A stretch of DNA of 64,000 nt from Octopus bimaculoides (lineage: Eukaryota). The notes under the pieces were generated by a model that was given only the letters and a program-made list of their open reading frames with translations, made no database searches and was not told the DNA's origin. This document shows positions 38,956 to 51,484 of the stretch, piece after piece. The translations under genes and the position numbers were made by a program. Every line of letters starts with the position of its first letter. Positions within the stretch are counted from its first letter, which is position 1. The DNA lies in contig NC_068989.1 in the NCBI RefSeq assembly GCF_001194135.2, positions 12,920,790 to 12,984,789 on the forward strand, given 5' to 3'.

Positions 38956-39018
<63 letters not shown>

Positions 39019-39019
<1 letters not shown>

Positions 39020-39576
39020 TACGCCCTGACGCAATACGAAGCAGTGGCTCTCATGGCTTCTTATCTTAACCGATTGGAAGTGTTATCCTGTACATCGTGT
39101 TGTCCTGGTATAAAAGATGGACTACAGCAAATATTCTACTTAGTACCACTGATTTGTTTGTCACTTGTTTGACATTAAACAGTTGAGCACGTTGCTTAGT
39201 GGCTGACGGTATGTGCATCTCTGATCACGAACAGAAGTAATGAGGGAGCATCATAGTCATATGCTAAGAGGAATTCATTGGGGTTTGGATAATTCACCTT
39301 TGGAAACATGAGTGTTTCATTCAACATTTTTAAACAAACCATATTCAGGAGAACTATGGAGTCTGATGAGCTACTCGACCTGAAGAAAATTCTACCTGGG
39401 CCTCACCTGCAAGCTCATGCGCTGTTACTCTTGGTATGAGAACACTATGTCGCTCACATTCTTCTGATGCATGTGCCTGGTATACCCTTATCAGACGAGT
39501 AGTCATGATGGGTGTACTGGGTTTCGTATATTTTACCCAAGTGTCACTTTGATGGCATGCGCTGCTCTCTCACTCA
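39019..39576. mobile_element. unclassified ~560 bp non-coding element bounded by (TAA)n arrays
   Basis: Complex, higher-GC block with sharp boundaries against perfect TAA runs on both sides. It has no tRNA boxes, TIRs or recognisable ORF. Confidence 0.55.
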
Positions 39577-39579
39577 GTA

Positions 39580-39758
<179 letters not shown>

Positions 39759-40906
39759 AACGGAAAACAATAAAACTATGTAGTAGTCTTAAAAATGTTG
39801 TCCACAATGCAAACAAATGACATCCCAGTTTGCCATCTTGTTGCTTCTGTCCTTGCCTGTTAACATTCTATAAACACGTATAGAAATCCCTGTAAGTAGC
39901 GGACTCCCCGATGTCCTGAGTCTATTTTACGTGGTTATGTTTGCTTTACTTGTAATTTTTCATGTTTAAACATATTATACTAAATACATTTCGTTCAAAG
40001 AAACAAACAAAAAAAAAAACTAAAAGAAAGGAAATCATTAACCGGAAGTAAGAAATTGATGTTTAAAATGGTTGAAGCATCATGAAATGATTAACGTGCT
40101 TCTGAACAAAATATTGTCCTGAGGATGTTACTTAATCGCATTATTAGCTTTGCAAACACAAACACGATATTTTCTAGACTCAATTTTTGCAACATTTTGG
40201 TTAGGTTAGTGTCAATTTAAAATCCTAGACAAACGGGAGCCAGTTTACTTGGAAAATTTATGTTAAATCAAAAGTAACAAAAAAAAAAAAAATTAAAACA
40301 GAATTTAAGTAAATACTACAGAGTTGCAAATATAGGCAGCTTCTGATACTAGAGCTGAAGGAACACCAACAGCAACCGCATCAACCGCAGCAAATAAAAA
40401 TAACGGAAATAGAAAAAAAAAGATCAACAAGAAATGACTTATCTCAACAAACAGGATTACACAGGCAGAAAGAAAATACAGCAATAATACGAATGATAAC
40501 TACGCCTACATCTTCATAGATAAAATGCAACAAAATAAACCACAAAGACTAACAATGACAGCTATAAAAACAACATATTCATTGCGACCAGGCTTCATTC
40601 ACACGTGCAAAAATCGTGTGAAACGAATACATATCAAAACATATATCATTAGAATAAATTAATTAATAAAATAAAACTACCAAATAAGAGCATAACGTCC
40701 ACTCACTGAGGGAATCGGGCTGCAGTACCGCTTTATTTTGTTCAAAATTTACTCCTTGTTATCGAACAATGAAAGACAATAAGCATTTTCATTTTTAACA
40801 GGTTCTAGTTTCGTCTCTGTTGTTATCATGCTTTCCACGTCACCTTATAACAGATTTTTCATCTAGCAAACCTAACAAAAAGTCTTCCATCTTGTATATG
40901 ACTCTA

Positions 40907-41118
40907 GAAGGTGTCCACAAAATCTGGGTACATGGGGATTAACACATACTTTAAGAAATTATTATTTCTTATATCTAATTGTTTATATTATGATTTTATT
41001 TACTCCGTGTACCCACATGGCGATTAACACATACTTTAAGAAATTATCATTTCTTATATTTAATTGATTATGTTATGATTTTATTTACTCCATGTACCCA
41101 GACCTTGTGGACACCCTG
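40907..41118. mobile_element. Tc1/mariner-type MITE with an internal 85-bp tandem duplication
   Basis: TA|GAAGGTGTCCACAAAATCTGGGTACATGG ... CCATGTACCCAGACCTTGTGGACACCCTG|TA. The core 40931-41015 is repeated at 41016-41100. Confidence 0.9.
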
Positions 41119-42404
41119 TATAATGACCTTGAAATCGAAGCAGTTTTGGAGCCAAGTAAGTTGCTTTCAAGGTCTCAACTGCCCCTGAAGATAAAATCTT
41201 CCGAGAAGAAAAGGCATGTTAGTACTTATGAAGAATATACTACGTTCGTCTATCTACTGCTGCTGTTCATTTTTCATTTGTTCCACATCATCGGCAAACT
41301 ATTAAGTATCGGCGATGTTTATGATCACAACTGGAATCACACTTGATTGCTAGTTCCTGTGATTAAGGTCTCTGAAGACATGACTACACACAGTGTCTAG
41401 TAGAAGTGTCATTGGTGATAACTAATACGGGATTGCAGTTCAGTCACTAAGATAAATGAAGAAAGGTACCTGATAGAAAGCTTCCATACCTGTTCATAAT
41501 TCAGGGATGTCTAAATTTTCTGAAACCCCAGCGATCGCTTGCGATCATTAGCTATGGCCATAACGATGCATCTGCCAATAGCACACATGACTTGTGGAAG
41601 GCACCACTTACACAGGAAATAAACTAGCAGATGCTTCAATGTACTTTGTATATGGACTAGTGGGTTATTTGATGCTTATTTTATCAAAGTAACGCTATTT
41701 CTCGTCTTTGTTAATACAAATATTTCTATGAAATATTTAAATATTTATGTATCGAAATGATATAGAACTAGTTATACGATAATCCCACATTCACACAAAT
41801 GTACAAAAACAAATTCACTCCCCCCCACACACACACATGCTGAAACATATTTAATATAGGTAGACCATTTAAGCTTACCCATTTCATATATGTTTTACTC
41901 TATTTTATCAGTTATATTTCCGGCAATACTTACCTTATGGCAATAAAGTGCAAACGGATATGTATTTGAACAGCTTAGCACTCAATCATAATTAGTAGAC
42001 GACAAGGAGAAGATATCAAAAATTGAAAAAAATGATATAACATGCTTATACCGTTAGCGGTTTAGAATACATAAAGTTAATCTGGTTCTAATCTGTATCC
42101 TAATCGATAGATTGGAAACATGGGACTACACAGACTTTTTGCTCAAAAATGCTTGATAAATATTTTTACTTTTTCAGGGGAAGAAAGAATCCTTCTTTGC
42201 AATGAAGTATGTCATCTGAATTTAGATTGTTATAGAATGCCTTTCTATATTATTCTATGATAGAAACATAAGTATTCTCTCTTGAAAAGAGGACAAATAT
42301 GCTCCTTTTATTTCGGTTTTCGTGACTTCACCTATGAACCAGAAGGTACCGAATTCAAGTGAATCTGTGTGTATATAATTTCACACAATGCAACAAAACA
42401 ACAT

Positions 42405-42850
42405 GAAGCAGGCTATTCCTGCAGGGATAAAGACTTGTGTCCGCCAAATGGAGCCTGTATGACTCTGGACATTATTTATGAAGCCACGTAAATTGTACGA
42501 ACACTAATAACGCAGTTTCATTCAAGAGATATGTGGTTCTCACAGAGGGAAATTTCAAAGTAAGGTTCAACAATCACACCTTACGCTTCAGACACTGGAA
42601 CAAAGGAAAAAAACTACGAAATTATCCAGTTATATATGGTTCTTAAAAGAACAAGGAGTCAGCTACAGAATTTACTGGAAGTTCTTAGCCAAGTGTAAGC
42701 TTTATACCAACGGTAGTAGCAAATGTGGTCTTTGTAATATGAAAAGATGGCTCATCTGGAAAAGTTCGATGGACCCCGCTACATGTCTAAATTTCAGATC
42801 TGAACTTTTTTGAATCATGTTCACATGTGACAAAATACCTGTTACGGTTT
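42405..42850 (+). pseudogene. Penelope-like element GIY-YIG endonuclease relic (Neptune/Nematis-like, Cys/His-rich)
   Basis: With three frameshifts: YSCRDKDLCPPNGACMTLDIIYEAT / ..KRYVVLTEGNFKVRFNNHTLRFRH / TKLSSYIWFLKEQGVSYRIYWKFL...KCGLCNMKRWLI...CLNFRSELF / SCSHVTKYLL. This matches the PLE pattern CxCR..CPxxGxC..VYxA..YxGxT..FKxRxxNH..LSxYIW..CxLC..LNxRSE..CxH. Confidence 0.85.
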
Positions 42851-42967
42851 TGGGCTCCCCAAGCTCACAAGTACAATCCACATTTTGTTTCTGTTTCTGC
42901 ACAAGCTTCCCATATGTCTTAACCAATTTTAATTTACTATTTTTTGTATATATTTTTCATTTGTGTA

Positions 42968-43008
<41 letters not shown>

Positions 43009-43039
43009 TGGTAGTACAATTTTGGTCATAGAAGACTTA

Positions 43040-43233
43040 TGGATCAATATTGCCGTAGCGTGAACGCCGGACAAAATTCTTTAGCTGAATTCAAATGCTG
43101 CTGTGGTCGATTTTTTCTCTGCATCCTTTCGGCGTCGATAGGATAAGTATCAATCATTTACAAGTGTCGATGTAATCGACATAGCCCCTCCCACGAAATT
43201 GCTGGCCTTGTGCCAAAGTTTGGAACCACTATT
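43040..43233 (+). mobile_element. SINE family B, diverged with an internal deletion
   Basis: GAATTCAAAT..GTGGTCGA...CATCCTTTCGGCGTCGATA...GTCGATGTAATCGAC.TAGCCCCTCCC..GGCCTTGTGCCAAAGTTTGGAACC. Confidence 0.75.
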
Positions 43234-45200
43234 ACCGTGGATTTGAATACAACCCATGGAATACATATTTCACAAAACACTCATTAAAATAACGAACAGA
43301 ATATGTACAAGAATCACCACCACTACTACCTCACAATTTTCATCCTCATCATCATCGTCATTGTCTTCCTCCTTGCACTTTTGCGATCATAATAACAGCT
43401 AATTGAAATGTTATCAACCATTCAGCTGTGACTGCAAATGGACATCAATTCCATTGACTAGTTTCATTTCTATTGATTCTCTCCCAGTAATATTTTAAAC
43501 ACTTTCAGCTAAATTAAAAAAAACCTCAATGTATATCATTCAAACTATCTTTCCGGTGTTGTAACACGAAGTTGAAATTAATGGGGTTTATATAAAGATG
43601 CTAGTTATTAGAAATGGCGTTTCATCTAAGTGCCTCAAACTCTATTTTGAACTTATTCAATCTTCACTTGATTCAAAAAGCATCACTATTGTAAGTAATA
43701 TGCAGGGATCTTTAGAATCGATTATATTCCATCCATATAGAACTTGGTATTAAGATTAATCAAAAGAATGGGTTGATATGTTTGCGTTAACTCCAAGAAT
43801 TTTTCACATTAATATGATTTGGAAATCCTGATTCGAAATTATTAATCTTCTGAAAGCACGAATAATCTGAGTGAAGTTTAAGAGTATTACGTTAAGTTCA
43901 ATGCGTGTAAATTTATTGATTTTTGATAATTCCATGATAAGCAAAGATATTTATAGCAAAGAAACATACGGTGAAGAGATATATGAATACAGAGCATAAT
44001 GGAACAGCAACTGAGTTAGGTTTGCATAAGTATATGGAGGTTTTAGTCAAATTTGTTTATACTAAATTTGTGGTAACGAAATGAGTATTAAAATAACATG
44101 ATTCGCGTTAAAAAAGGATGAATTTTCATTTAACTTTCTACTGAAATATCCTTCACTGAAAAAGAAAAAAAAATGTTTAATTAGTAGAGTCACTTAAGTA
44201 GAGTCTTACTATGATATCCTTTGTAGCTGGCAATTACGTTGCTTGTAGATTTAATTGAAGTAAAAGCTTAATTGAGTTAATTAACACGATACAAATGGGT
44301 GTGGTAGAAATAAAGTGCAAATATATTTTATTTGATTTCTTTCGCTTTGAAGATATCATGTGTTCCAAGTATTCCAGTAGCAAACAAATTCTATTTCTTC
44401 TCTATCGGATGTGCCTCTTCTTACTTATAGCCTCATATTTACATATGTTATCCAAGCCTTCAAACAATGCATGATCACTCCTAACTAATAGATGTGTTAA
44501 ATTATATGTATGTCTCTATGTAGAATGGTATGATTATTCGCTTCCAGCAACTCTTACAATGCGTCACGTCGTACAACTACACCAAGACGTTAATCAATTT
44601 CTGAGGAAAACCGTTAGGCAAATCTGAAATTAAAATGACCTCTAGCCTTAGTAATTCTATATTTACTTAAAACTTTTCTATAAGGAGGAACATAGTCTCT
44701 CTTGAGTAATGAGCATGGTTTTTAGTATTTTCGAGTGTCAATATATCAGCGATAGATGTAAATTTTTTTGTTTAAAGTTATTTTTTGTTTAAATTACTAG
44801 TAATTAATTAAAATTGTGAATTACTTCAAGTACATATACTTAATTAATGCTAATACTTTATTTTGAAGATTTAATGCTTTGACAAGTGTTTAGATAGCTG
44901 ATAAGCTTAAAAGCAATCTATTTCATTGATTTTCTAAGAGTGCAACAATCACGGTATAGGTCAGTTATAGTTCCATAATGTTGAAAAGCGCTCGATTACA
45001 TACGCACACAGACGCTCACGATTACCAATGTGTGTATATAAATATATATGGGGGGGGGGTTGTGTGTGTGCTTGAGTGTGTGTGCTGGTGTGTGTAACTG
45101 TGCAAATAAATGTACGTGTTAGTATTGTTTACAAAATCACAGGTATACATGTGAATATATGCATACCTCTAGACGCTTATACATACATATCCAGTCACCT

Positions 45201-45591
45201 GTGGAGGCGCAATGAATGGCCCAGTGGTTAGGGCAGCGGACTCGCAGTGATAAGATCGTGGTTTCGATTCCCAGACCGGGCGTTGTGAGTGTTTATTGAG
45301 CGAAAACACCTAAAGCTCTACGAGGCTCCGACAGGGGCTGGTGGCAAACCCTGCTGTACTCTTCCACCCCAACTTTCTCTCACTCTTACTTCCTGTTTCT
45401 GTTTGTGCCTGTAATTCAAAGGGTCAGCCTTGTCACACTGTGTCTCGTTGAATATCCCCGAGAACTACGTTAAGGGTACACGTGTCTGTGGAGTGCTCAG
45501 CCACTTGAACGTTAATTTCACGAGCAGGTTGTTCCGTTGATCTGATCAACTGGAACTGTCGACGTCGTAAGCGATGGAGTGCCAACAATAA
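45201..45591 (+). mobile_element. tRNA-derived SINE family C, variant 1, with TSD
   Basis: A box TGGCCCAGTGG, B box GGTTTCGATTCC. 10-bp TSD CCAGTCAC(C/T)T at 45191-45200 and 45592-45601. Confidence 0.9.
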
Positions 45592-46237
45592 CCAGTCACT
45601 TACATGTGTTGTGCAAGAAATACCCTTAATTTTGTATCTACGTATCAAGTTCCTTTTATATATATGTTTGTATGTTTCTTGTAGATTCGTCTTGAGAGTT
45701 GCACAGTTCATCATCAAATTTAAGTTGCTACTCATTCCTCTTCTTACAGACGAAATACTGTCACGTATTTCTCTCTGTTTATTGTATCAAAAATATAATC
45801 GGAGAAATCAGGGGAATAGGTAGTTATGATTTCTATCAGAAGGAGAAGGTGACAATTTTTATCACTTCCAAGTCTCCTTGCAATGTATATTTTATGAACA
45901 TATTTTTACTTTTCTTCGTATCTTCATTTATCAGAAGCTAATTCACGTTAATGTACTTCATATAAACAGTCCTATTAAAATATCTTAGTCTTCAGATCGC
46001 CTATAACTATACTTTATCGTTATATTTAAAAATAACTGAGAAATAGATTTAAATATCCAGAATGAAATTAACCTTTGGCTTATAAAGAAATCTGTAAACG
46101 TTATTTTTATAAAACGACATTAATCTATCAATTTTTCGTTCTTTCTATAAATACAGAAAATTATATACATGAGACAAGAATACACCCACATTCATAAAGA
46201 ATATGAAACTCAATACAAACACATCTATATTTCACAT

Positions 46238-46571
46238 GTGAGGGCGCGTGTCTTAGTGGTTAGAGCATTTCGCTCGCGATCGTAGGGTCGTGAGTTCAAT
46301 TCCCGGCGACGAGTTGTTTCTTTGAGCAAGACACTTTATTTCATGTTGTTCCAGTCCACTCAGCTGGCAAAAATGAGTAGTATCTGTATTTCAAGGGCTG
46401 GCCTTGTCACACTTTGTGTCACGTTGAATTTCCCTTAGAACTACGTTAAGGATGCAAGTGTATGTTAGGTGCTCAGCCACTTGCACGTTAATTTCATGAG
46501 CAAGCTGTTTCGTTGATCGTATCAGCAGAGACCCACGTCGTCGTAACAGACGGCGTGCTCCTTTTCCGTTA
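46238..46571 (+). mobile_element. tRNA-derived SINE family C, variant 2, with TSD
   Basis: A box GTCTTAGTGG, B box GAGTTCAATTCC. Perfect 11-bp TSD ATATTTCACAT at 46227-46237 and 46572-46582. Confidence 0.9.
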
Positions 46572-48477
46572 ATATTTCACATCCAGAGACGTATAAACAC
46601 ACACACGCACAAGTGTGTGAATATGAGAGAATATGCTGAATAAAATCATAATTAACTCATCTTCCTCCGCTCCTTTTTACCCTAAGCATGCCCTGATAGG
46701 TTATAGGTTATATGGCTAAAAACCAATAGTATTCCAATGTGGGAATTTCATATTGCCCCACCTTCATCTGTTATAATTATTAGAACATTTCTAGAAATCA
46801 CAACTTGCAACTTTAGAAATGGAACGCCTTTCCTGCAACAGCTAAGTAATATAAACATCTCAAACAATGGAATAAAAGAAATTCTATGCCCTGGGAAAGA
46901 AAACAAGTGAATCGTTTCGGGTAAAACACTTCATTGCGAAGGCAGAGGAAATGTCAACTAGTTGACATTTCATCTGATTCCTTAGCATATAAAATTAATT
47001 CTACTCTTTGGCTATCCATAATTGTACAATGGTTCGTGTTTACAGTTGAAAACTATTTGGTTATAATGGAGCTCATCTTGATCAGGTTTAACTGGGGGTT
47101 AAACAACAGACATTACAGATCTATCATCGGTCGTATATTATACATAATTATAGCGTTATAGTAAATATTCCTTTACTTTTCTACACCTCCATGCTTTTAT
47201 TTATGTATAAGGAGGTTCAATATTAATTTCTATTGTAGATGGAAAGAAGATCAATAGCACGTGATGACAATTTAATTAAACGTCTTTTCTTCATAGTTAA
47301 TTTCTATTCTATAACATGGTAGACATTTTGAAAATTCCTTAGGAGTAACCTCCTCAGAGAAATTTAATTTTAATTTAATTCTATAGCAATTCTGACATTA
47401 AGCACTTTTATAAGTGTTTTGTTACGGTCAAAATCTCAGTCAGTCAAAGTGGATTTATTTGTTCAGACATTATTTACAAAATTGCAAATGTATTTAGAGA
47501 ATGGTTTCTTTCTTTGCATTAGTTATTTTATTCCTTGGTAGCTGTTCTTGTTATCATTGTTTTTTTGTTTTGTTTTTTTTTTACAGCGGTTTCTTTTTCT
47601 GTCTTTAAGTTTCTTTTGTAATTCAGAAATGAAACGTCTGAAATAAAAGTGAAAGCAAATTTAATAATTTTCTTGGCGTCGTTCTATGAAATGCAATAAA
47701 GAAATTTTGTTTTTCACAAACTTTCGCTGTTTTATATTATACACATCCACAAATTAAGATACACATACGTTTTGGATGTGTGTGTGTGAATTCCATTACG
47801 TCTGCATGTAAGTGTCTTTATGTATGCGTGTGTATAAATTTCTATTCACGTATGGGTGTCTTTATGTTTCACTACATATTTTTATGAACAAATGTATATT
47901 CTGTATTAATGTGTGCGGTGCATGTATACAAATATGTTTATGTATGCAAGCTCATATATATTTATATTTGTTTATGTGTATGTGTGTGTGTGCATACGAG
48001 TGTGTGTATGCGTACCTATTCGCTTATGTGTATATAAGACCATATGTTACGTAGCTGTGTGGGATAAGAAAAATTTTAATCCGGCAGATTTATTAATTGA
48101 ATTTCTTTTGAAAACCTCCAAGTAGCTTTTTAGTCATTAAGATGTCTGCGCTTGTACGTATATAAATAAGCAAGCGTACTCACACACAATCCAGACACAT
48201 ACAGATCGCGCGCACACAAAACACACGCACACACACACAAAGGACATACACACATACTATATTCGTATATAGTGATATGAGTGTGCATATATTCAATGTA
48301 AGCACATAGATTCCTATAACACTCAAAATATATATTCTACCCACATCATTACAGTGTTTCTCATATGTATATTAACATTTGTAGATGTATGTATGTGTAT
48401 GTGTAAACGTAGGTATTTATGTATGTATATATGTATGTGTCTATGTATGTCTCTGATTGTATGTGTGTGTTTGTGTA

Positions 48478-48508
<31 letters not shown>

Positions 48509-48900
48509 NNNNNNNNNNNNNNNNNNNNNNNNNNNNNNNNNNNNNNNNNNNNNNNNNNNNNNNNNNNNNNNNNNNNNNNNNNNNNNNNNNNNNNNNNNNN
48601 NNNNNNNNNNNNNNNNNNNNNNNNNNNNNNNNNNNNNNNNNNNNNNNTATACATATGTATTGGTCTGCGTTTCTGAGTGCGTATATATATATAAATGAAC
48701 GGTTATCTTTGTACATATAGACTACTGTAAAGCCTATTAGATAAATGGTTATAGAGGAAAAGCGGAGATGCATAAATTTGATTTTTATGAGATATTTATA
48801 TTTTGATTGATGTATTTAATGGTATATGCGACAAACTGTATTCAGTATTGAATTCGGAGTGATGAAATTGCTGAAGAATATATTTTATTCTTGGTGTTAA

Positions 48901-49267
48901 CGTTTCTCTTCTTCTTTGTCTTCTTCTTTTCCTTCTTCTTCTTCCTCTTCTTCTTTGTCTTCTTCTTTTCCTTCTTCTGCTTCCTCTTCTTCTTTGTCTT
49001 CTTCTTTTCCTTCTTCTTCCTCTTCTTCTTTGTCTTCTTTTCCTTCTTCTTCTTCTTCTTCTTCTTCTTCTTCTTCTTCTTCTTCTTCTTCTTCTTTTCC
49101 TTCTTCTTCTTCCACTTCTTCTTTGGCTTCTTCTTTTCCTTCTTCTTCTTCCTCTTCTTCTTTGTCTTCTTTTCCTTCTTCTTCTTCCCCTTCTTCTTCT
49201 TCCTCTTCTTCTTTGTCTTCTTCTTTTCCTTCTTCTTCATCTTCTTCTTCTTCTTTGTCTTATTCTT

Positions 49268-49298
<31 letters not shown>

Positions 49299-49387
49299 TT
49301 ATTATTATTCTTTTTTCCCTGCTCCACTTTCTCCTCCCCCTCCTCCTCCTCCACCTCCTCCTCCTTCTTCTTATCATTATTATTATT

Positions 49388-49420
<33 letters not shown>

Positions 49421-49422
49421 GC

Positions 49423-49467
<45 letters not shown>

Positions 49468-49470
49468 TTC
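48901..49470. repeat. (TTC)n-derived 33-39 bp higher-order repeat followed by (CCT)n, (TTG)n and (TTA)n
   Basis: Unit CTCTTCTTCTTTGTCTTCTTCTTTTCCTTCTTCTTCTTC, repeated about 8 times with triplet-sized indels. Confidence 0.9.
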
Positions 49471-51223
49471 TGCTTGATATAGTTACAAATATGACCTGGC
49501 GCTCAGTGGGATTAAACTAATTAGAAGACAAAAACAGAAGAAAAGAAATAGTTTTAAGTATATATTCTCCGGAGACATCTCGTAGAATATCAAGGTCTTG
49601 TTTCAGATACTGGCTGAGAAACAGAGTGTGTTATATTTCGTCTGTTCTACGTTGTTTTATTTATGTTTATATTGAACCCAAGTTTGCTAAGGGCTATTGA
49701 GGCAGTATTCCAGACCAAATAGTTTGAATGAAACGAAAATCTATATAGATACATAATACGGCGCATATATTTCACAAGCAGAGAAAAATAATCACTTCTT
49801 GACAGAAAGCTGTCATATAAACTCAAACTTTGACAGAGTTGAAATAAACAATATACGAAATAACAACGATTACACGAAAATAATTTTGAAATTATAAACG
49901 CAGGAACAAAGAAGGGAAATCTTTTGTGGTAATTTACAAATGATATTTACAACATAGGATCTTTAGTAATAAGCTATATACTTGAATGAAATAATGCACA
50001 GTTATATAGTGTACCATAGGCACGAAATGTTGGCGCACAGGAAAACCGATAATGCTCCGGTGAAAAGCGCATTTAGGCAGTATAGAAACTAATGAATATC
50101 TTTCACTCCTCATCGTCGATACGGACACTAGAAGTGAAACTCGCCAAGGAGGAGGCGAGATGCGACTCAACCGCCCTCATTCTGCTTAATGATAGCATCC
50201 AATTTGCACCACGTATGTAACAGTGAGTGATAAAATTAACGGTGGTAGATGGTGCGCAACCAGATTTAAATATATGGTCAATGGTTGCGGTCCTGAGTTG
50301 AGTGCGCTATAATAGGAAGTCCTGGAAATGTGTAGGCTCCTTGGAAATCTGCTCCGATATTTATAGAGTTCCTGATGCACCACACACATGCAAAAGAGTA
50401 AACCCCTTCGAGCTGGATAAAGTGATGCAATTTCCATGGATCAAGCGCCAGGTGTAATGCAGACACCCTCTGCACATTTTGCTCGAGAAGCCGAAATTGG
50501 GAAGGAATTGAATTATAACTTAAAGGACATTTCTTAATTATCGTTTTATTGCAATTTTTAATTTATTTCCATGCAAATATGTAAACATGCAGGAATATGT
50601 TTGCGTGTGTGTATATATGTATCTGTGTATATGTATGCATATGCATTTGAAATGTGTATGTCTGTGAACATTTAAAATCCTTAACAAATCCTTCTGTATA
50701 TTGTATAATGTCTCTTAACCCCTCCCTTCGTAATCTGGAAATGTGCTTGCTTTTTTTACACACACCGCATTTTCTTTTCTTTCTTTGTACCACCGAGTAA
50801 ACTTTTTTTTTTTTTTCTATTTCTCGAAGACATGTGGCTAGAATGAAGAAAATCATTATCCCTATTCTTTTTAATGTTGTTTTATTTTGGGCCCCTTTTT
50901 TTCCTATTGTTATCGTTATCCTTAATGATACTTTCGTTGTTGTTGTTGTTGTTGTTGTTTGCGATGTTAGAGATATTGATGTGGCTGTGACTACGAGGTT
51001 GCTGGCGTTATTTCCGCTGTCGCTGTTACAATTTTTGTTTAACTAGAATTTTGGGGGAGAATACATTATACAGATACTATATCTAATTTGCCCAAGCATT
51101 CTACAAGTTGTTACAATCTCTATATATAACATTATGTCTTAAAATCGAGTCGAATATTGCATCAACTTCTTTTAATTCTTAATTTAGTGTATTTACGACG
51201 TAGATTCTATATATACAAATATA

Positions 51224-51484
51224 ATAATAAAAATAAATGCGCCCTTTAAAGCCTAGCCAGGCTCATGGGCCTGGTTTCCCGGTTTCAATGTCGTATGTGT
51301 TCTCCAGCTGGACGGGACACCAGTCCATCGCAGCGTTACTGATTTTTGCCAGCTGAGTGGACTGGAGCAACGTGAAATGAAGTGTTTTGCTCAAGAACAC
51401 AACGCGTAGCCCGGTCCAGGAATCGAAACCACAATCTTACGATCATGGAGCTGACACTCTAAACACTAGGCCACGCGCCTCCAC
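51224..51484 (-). mobile_element. tRNA-derived SINE family C, variant 3, with TSD
   Basis: Minus head GTGGAGGCGCGTGGCCTAGTG...GGTTTCGATTCC. Perfect 14-bp TSD TATATACAAATATA at 51210-51223 and 51485-51498; ATT-rich tail. Confidence 0.9.

Noticed and set aside
39363-39392. CTGATGA and CTGAAGA motifs inside the 560-bp element
   Set aside because: There is no stem II closed immediately before a GAAA, so neither forms a hammerhead.
42178-42206. 29-nt segment between a strong acceptor and GAA|GTATGT
   Set aside because: Too short to evaluate; such signals occur often by chance in T-rich DNA.
48842-49520. K/E/S/F-rich ORFs in several frames
   Set aside because: They are a by-product of a (TTC)n-based repeat that is open in most frames on both strands.
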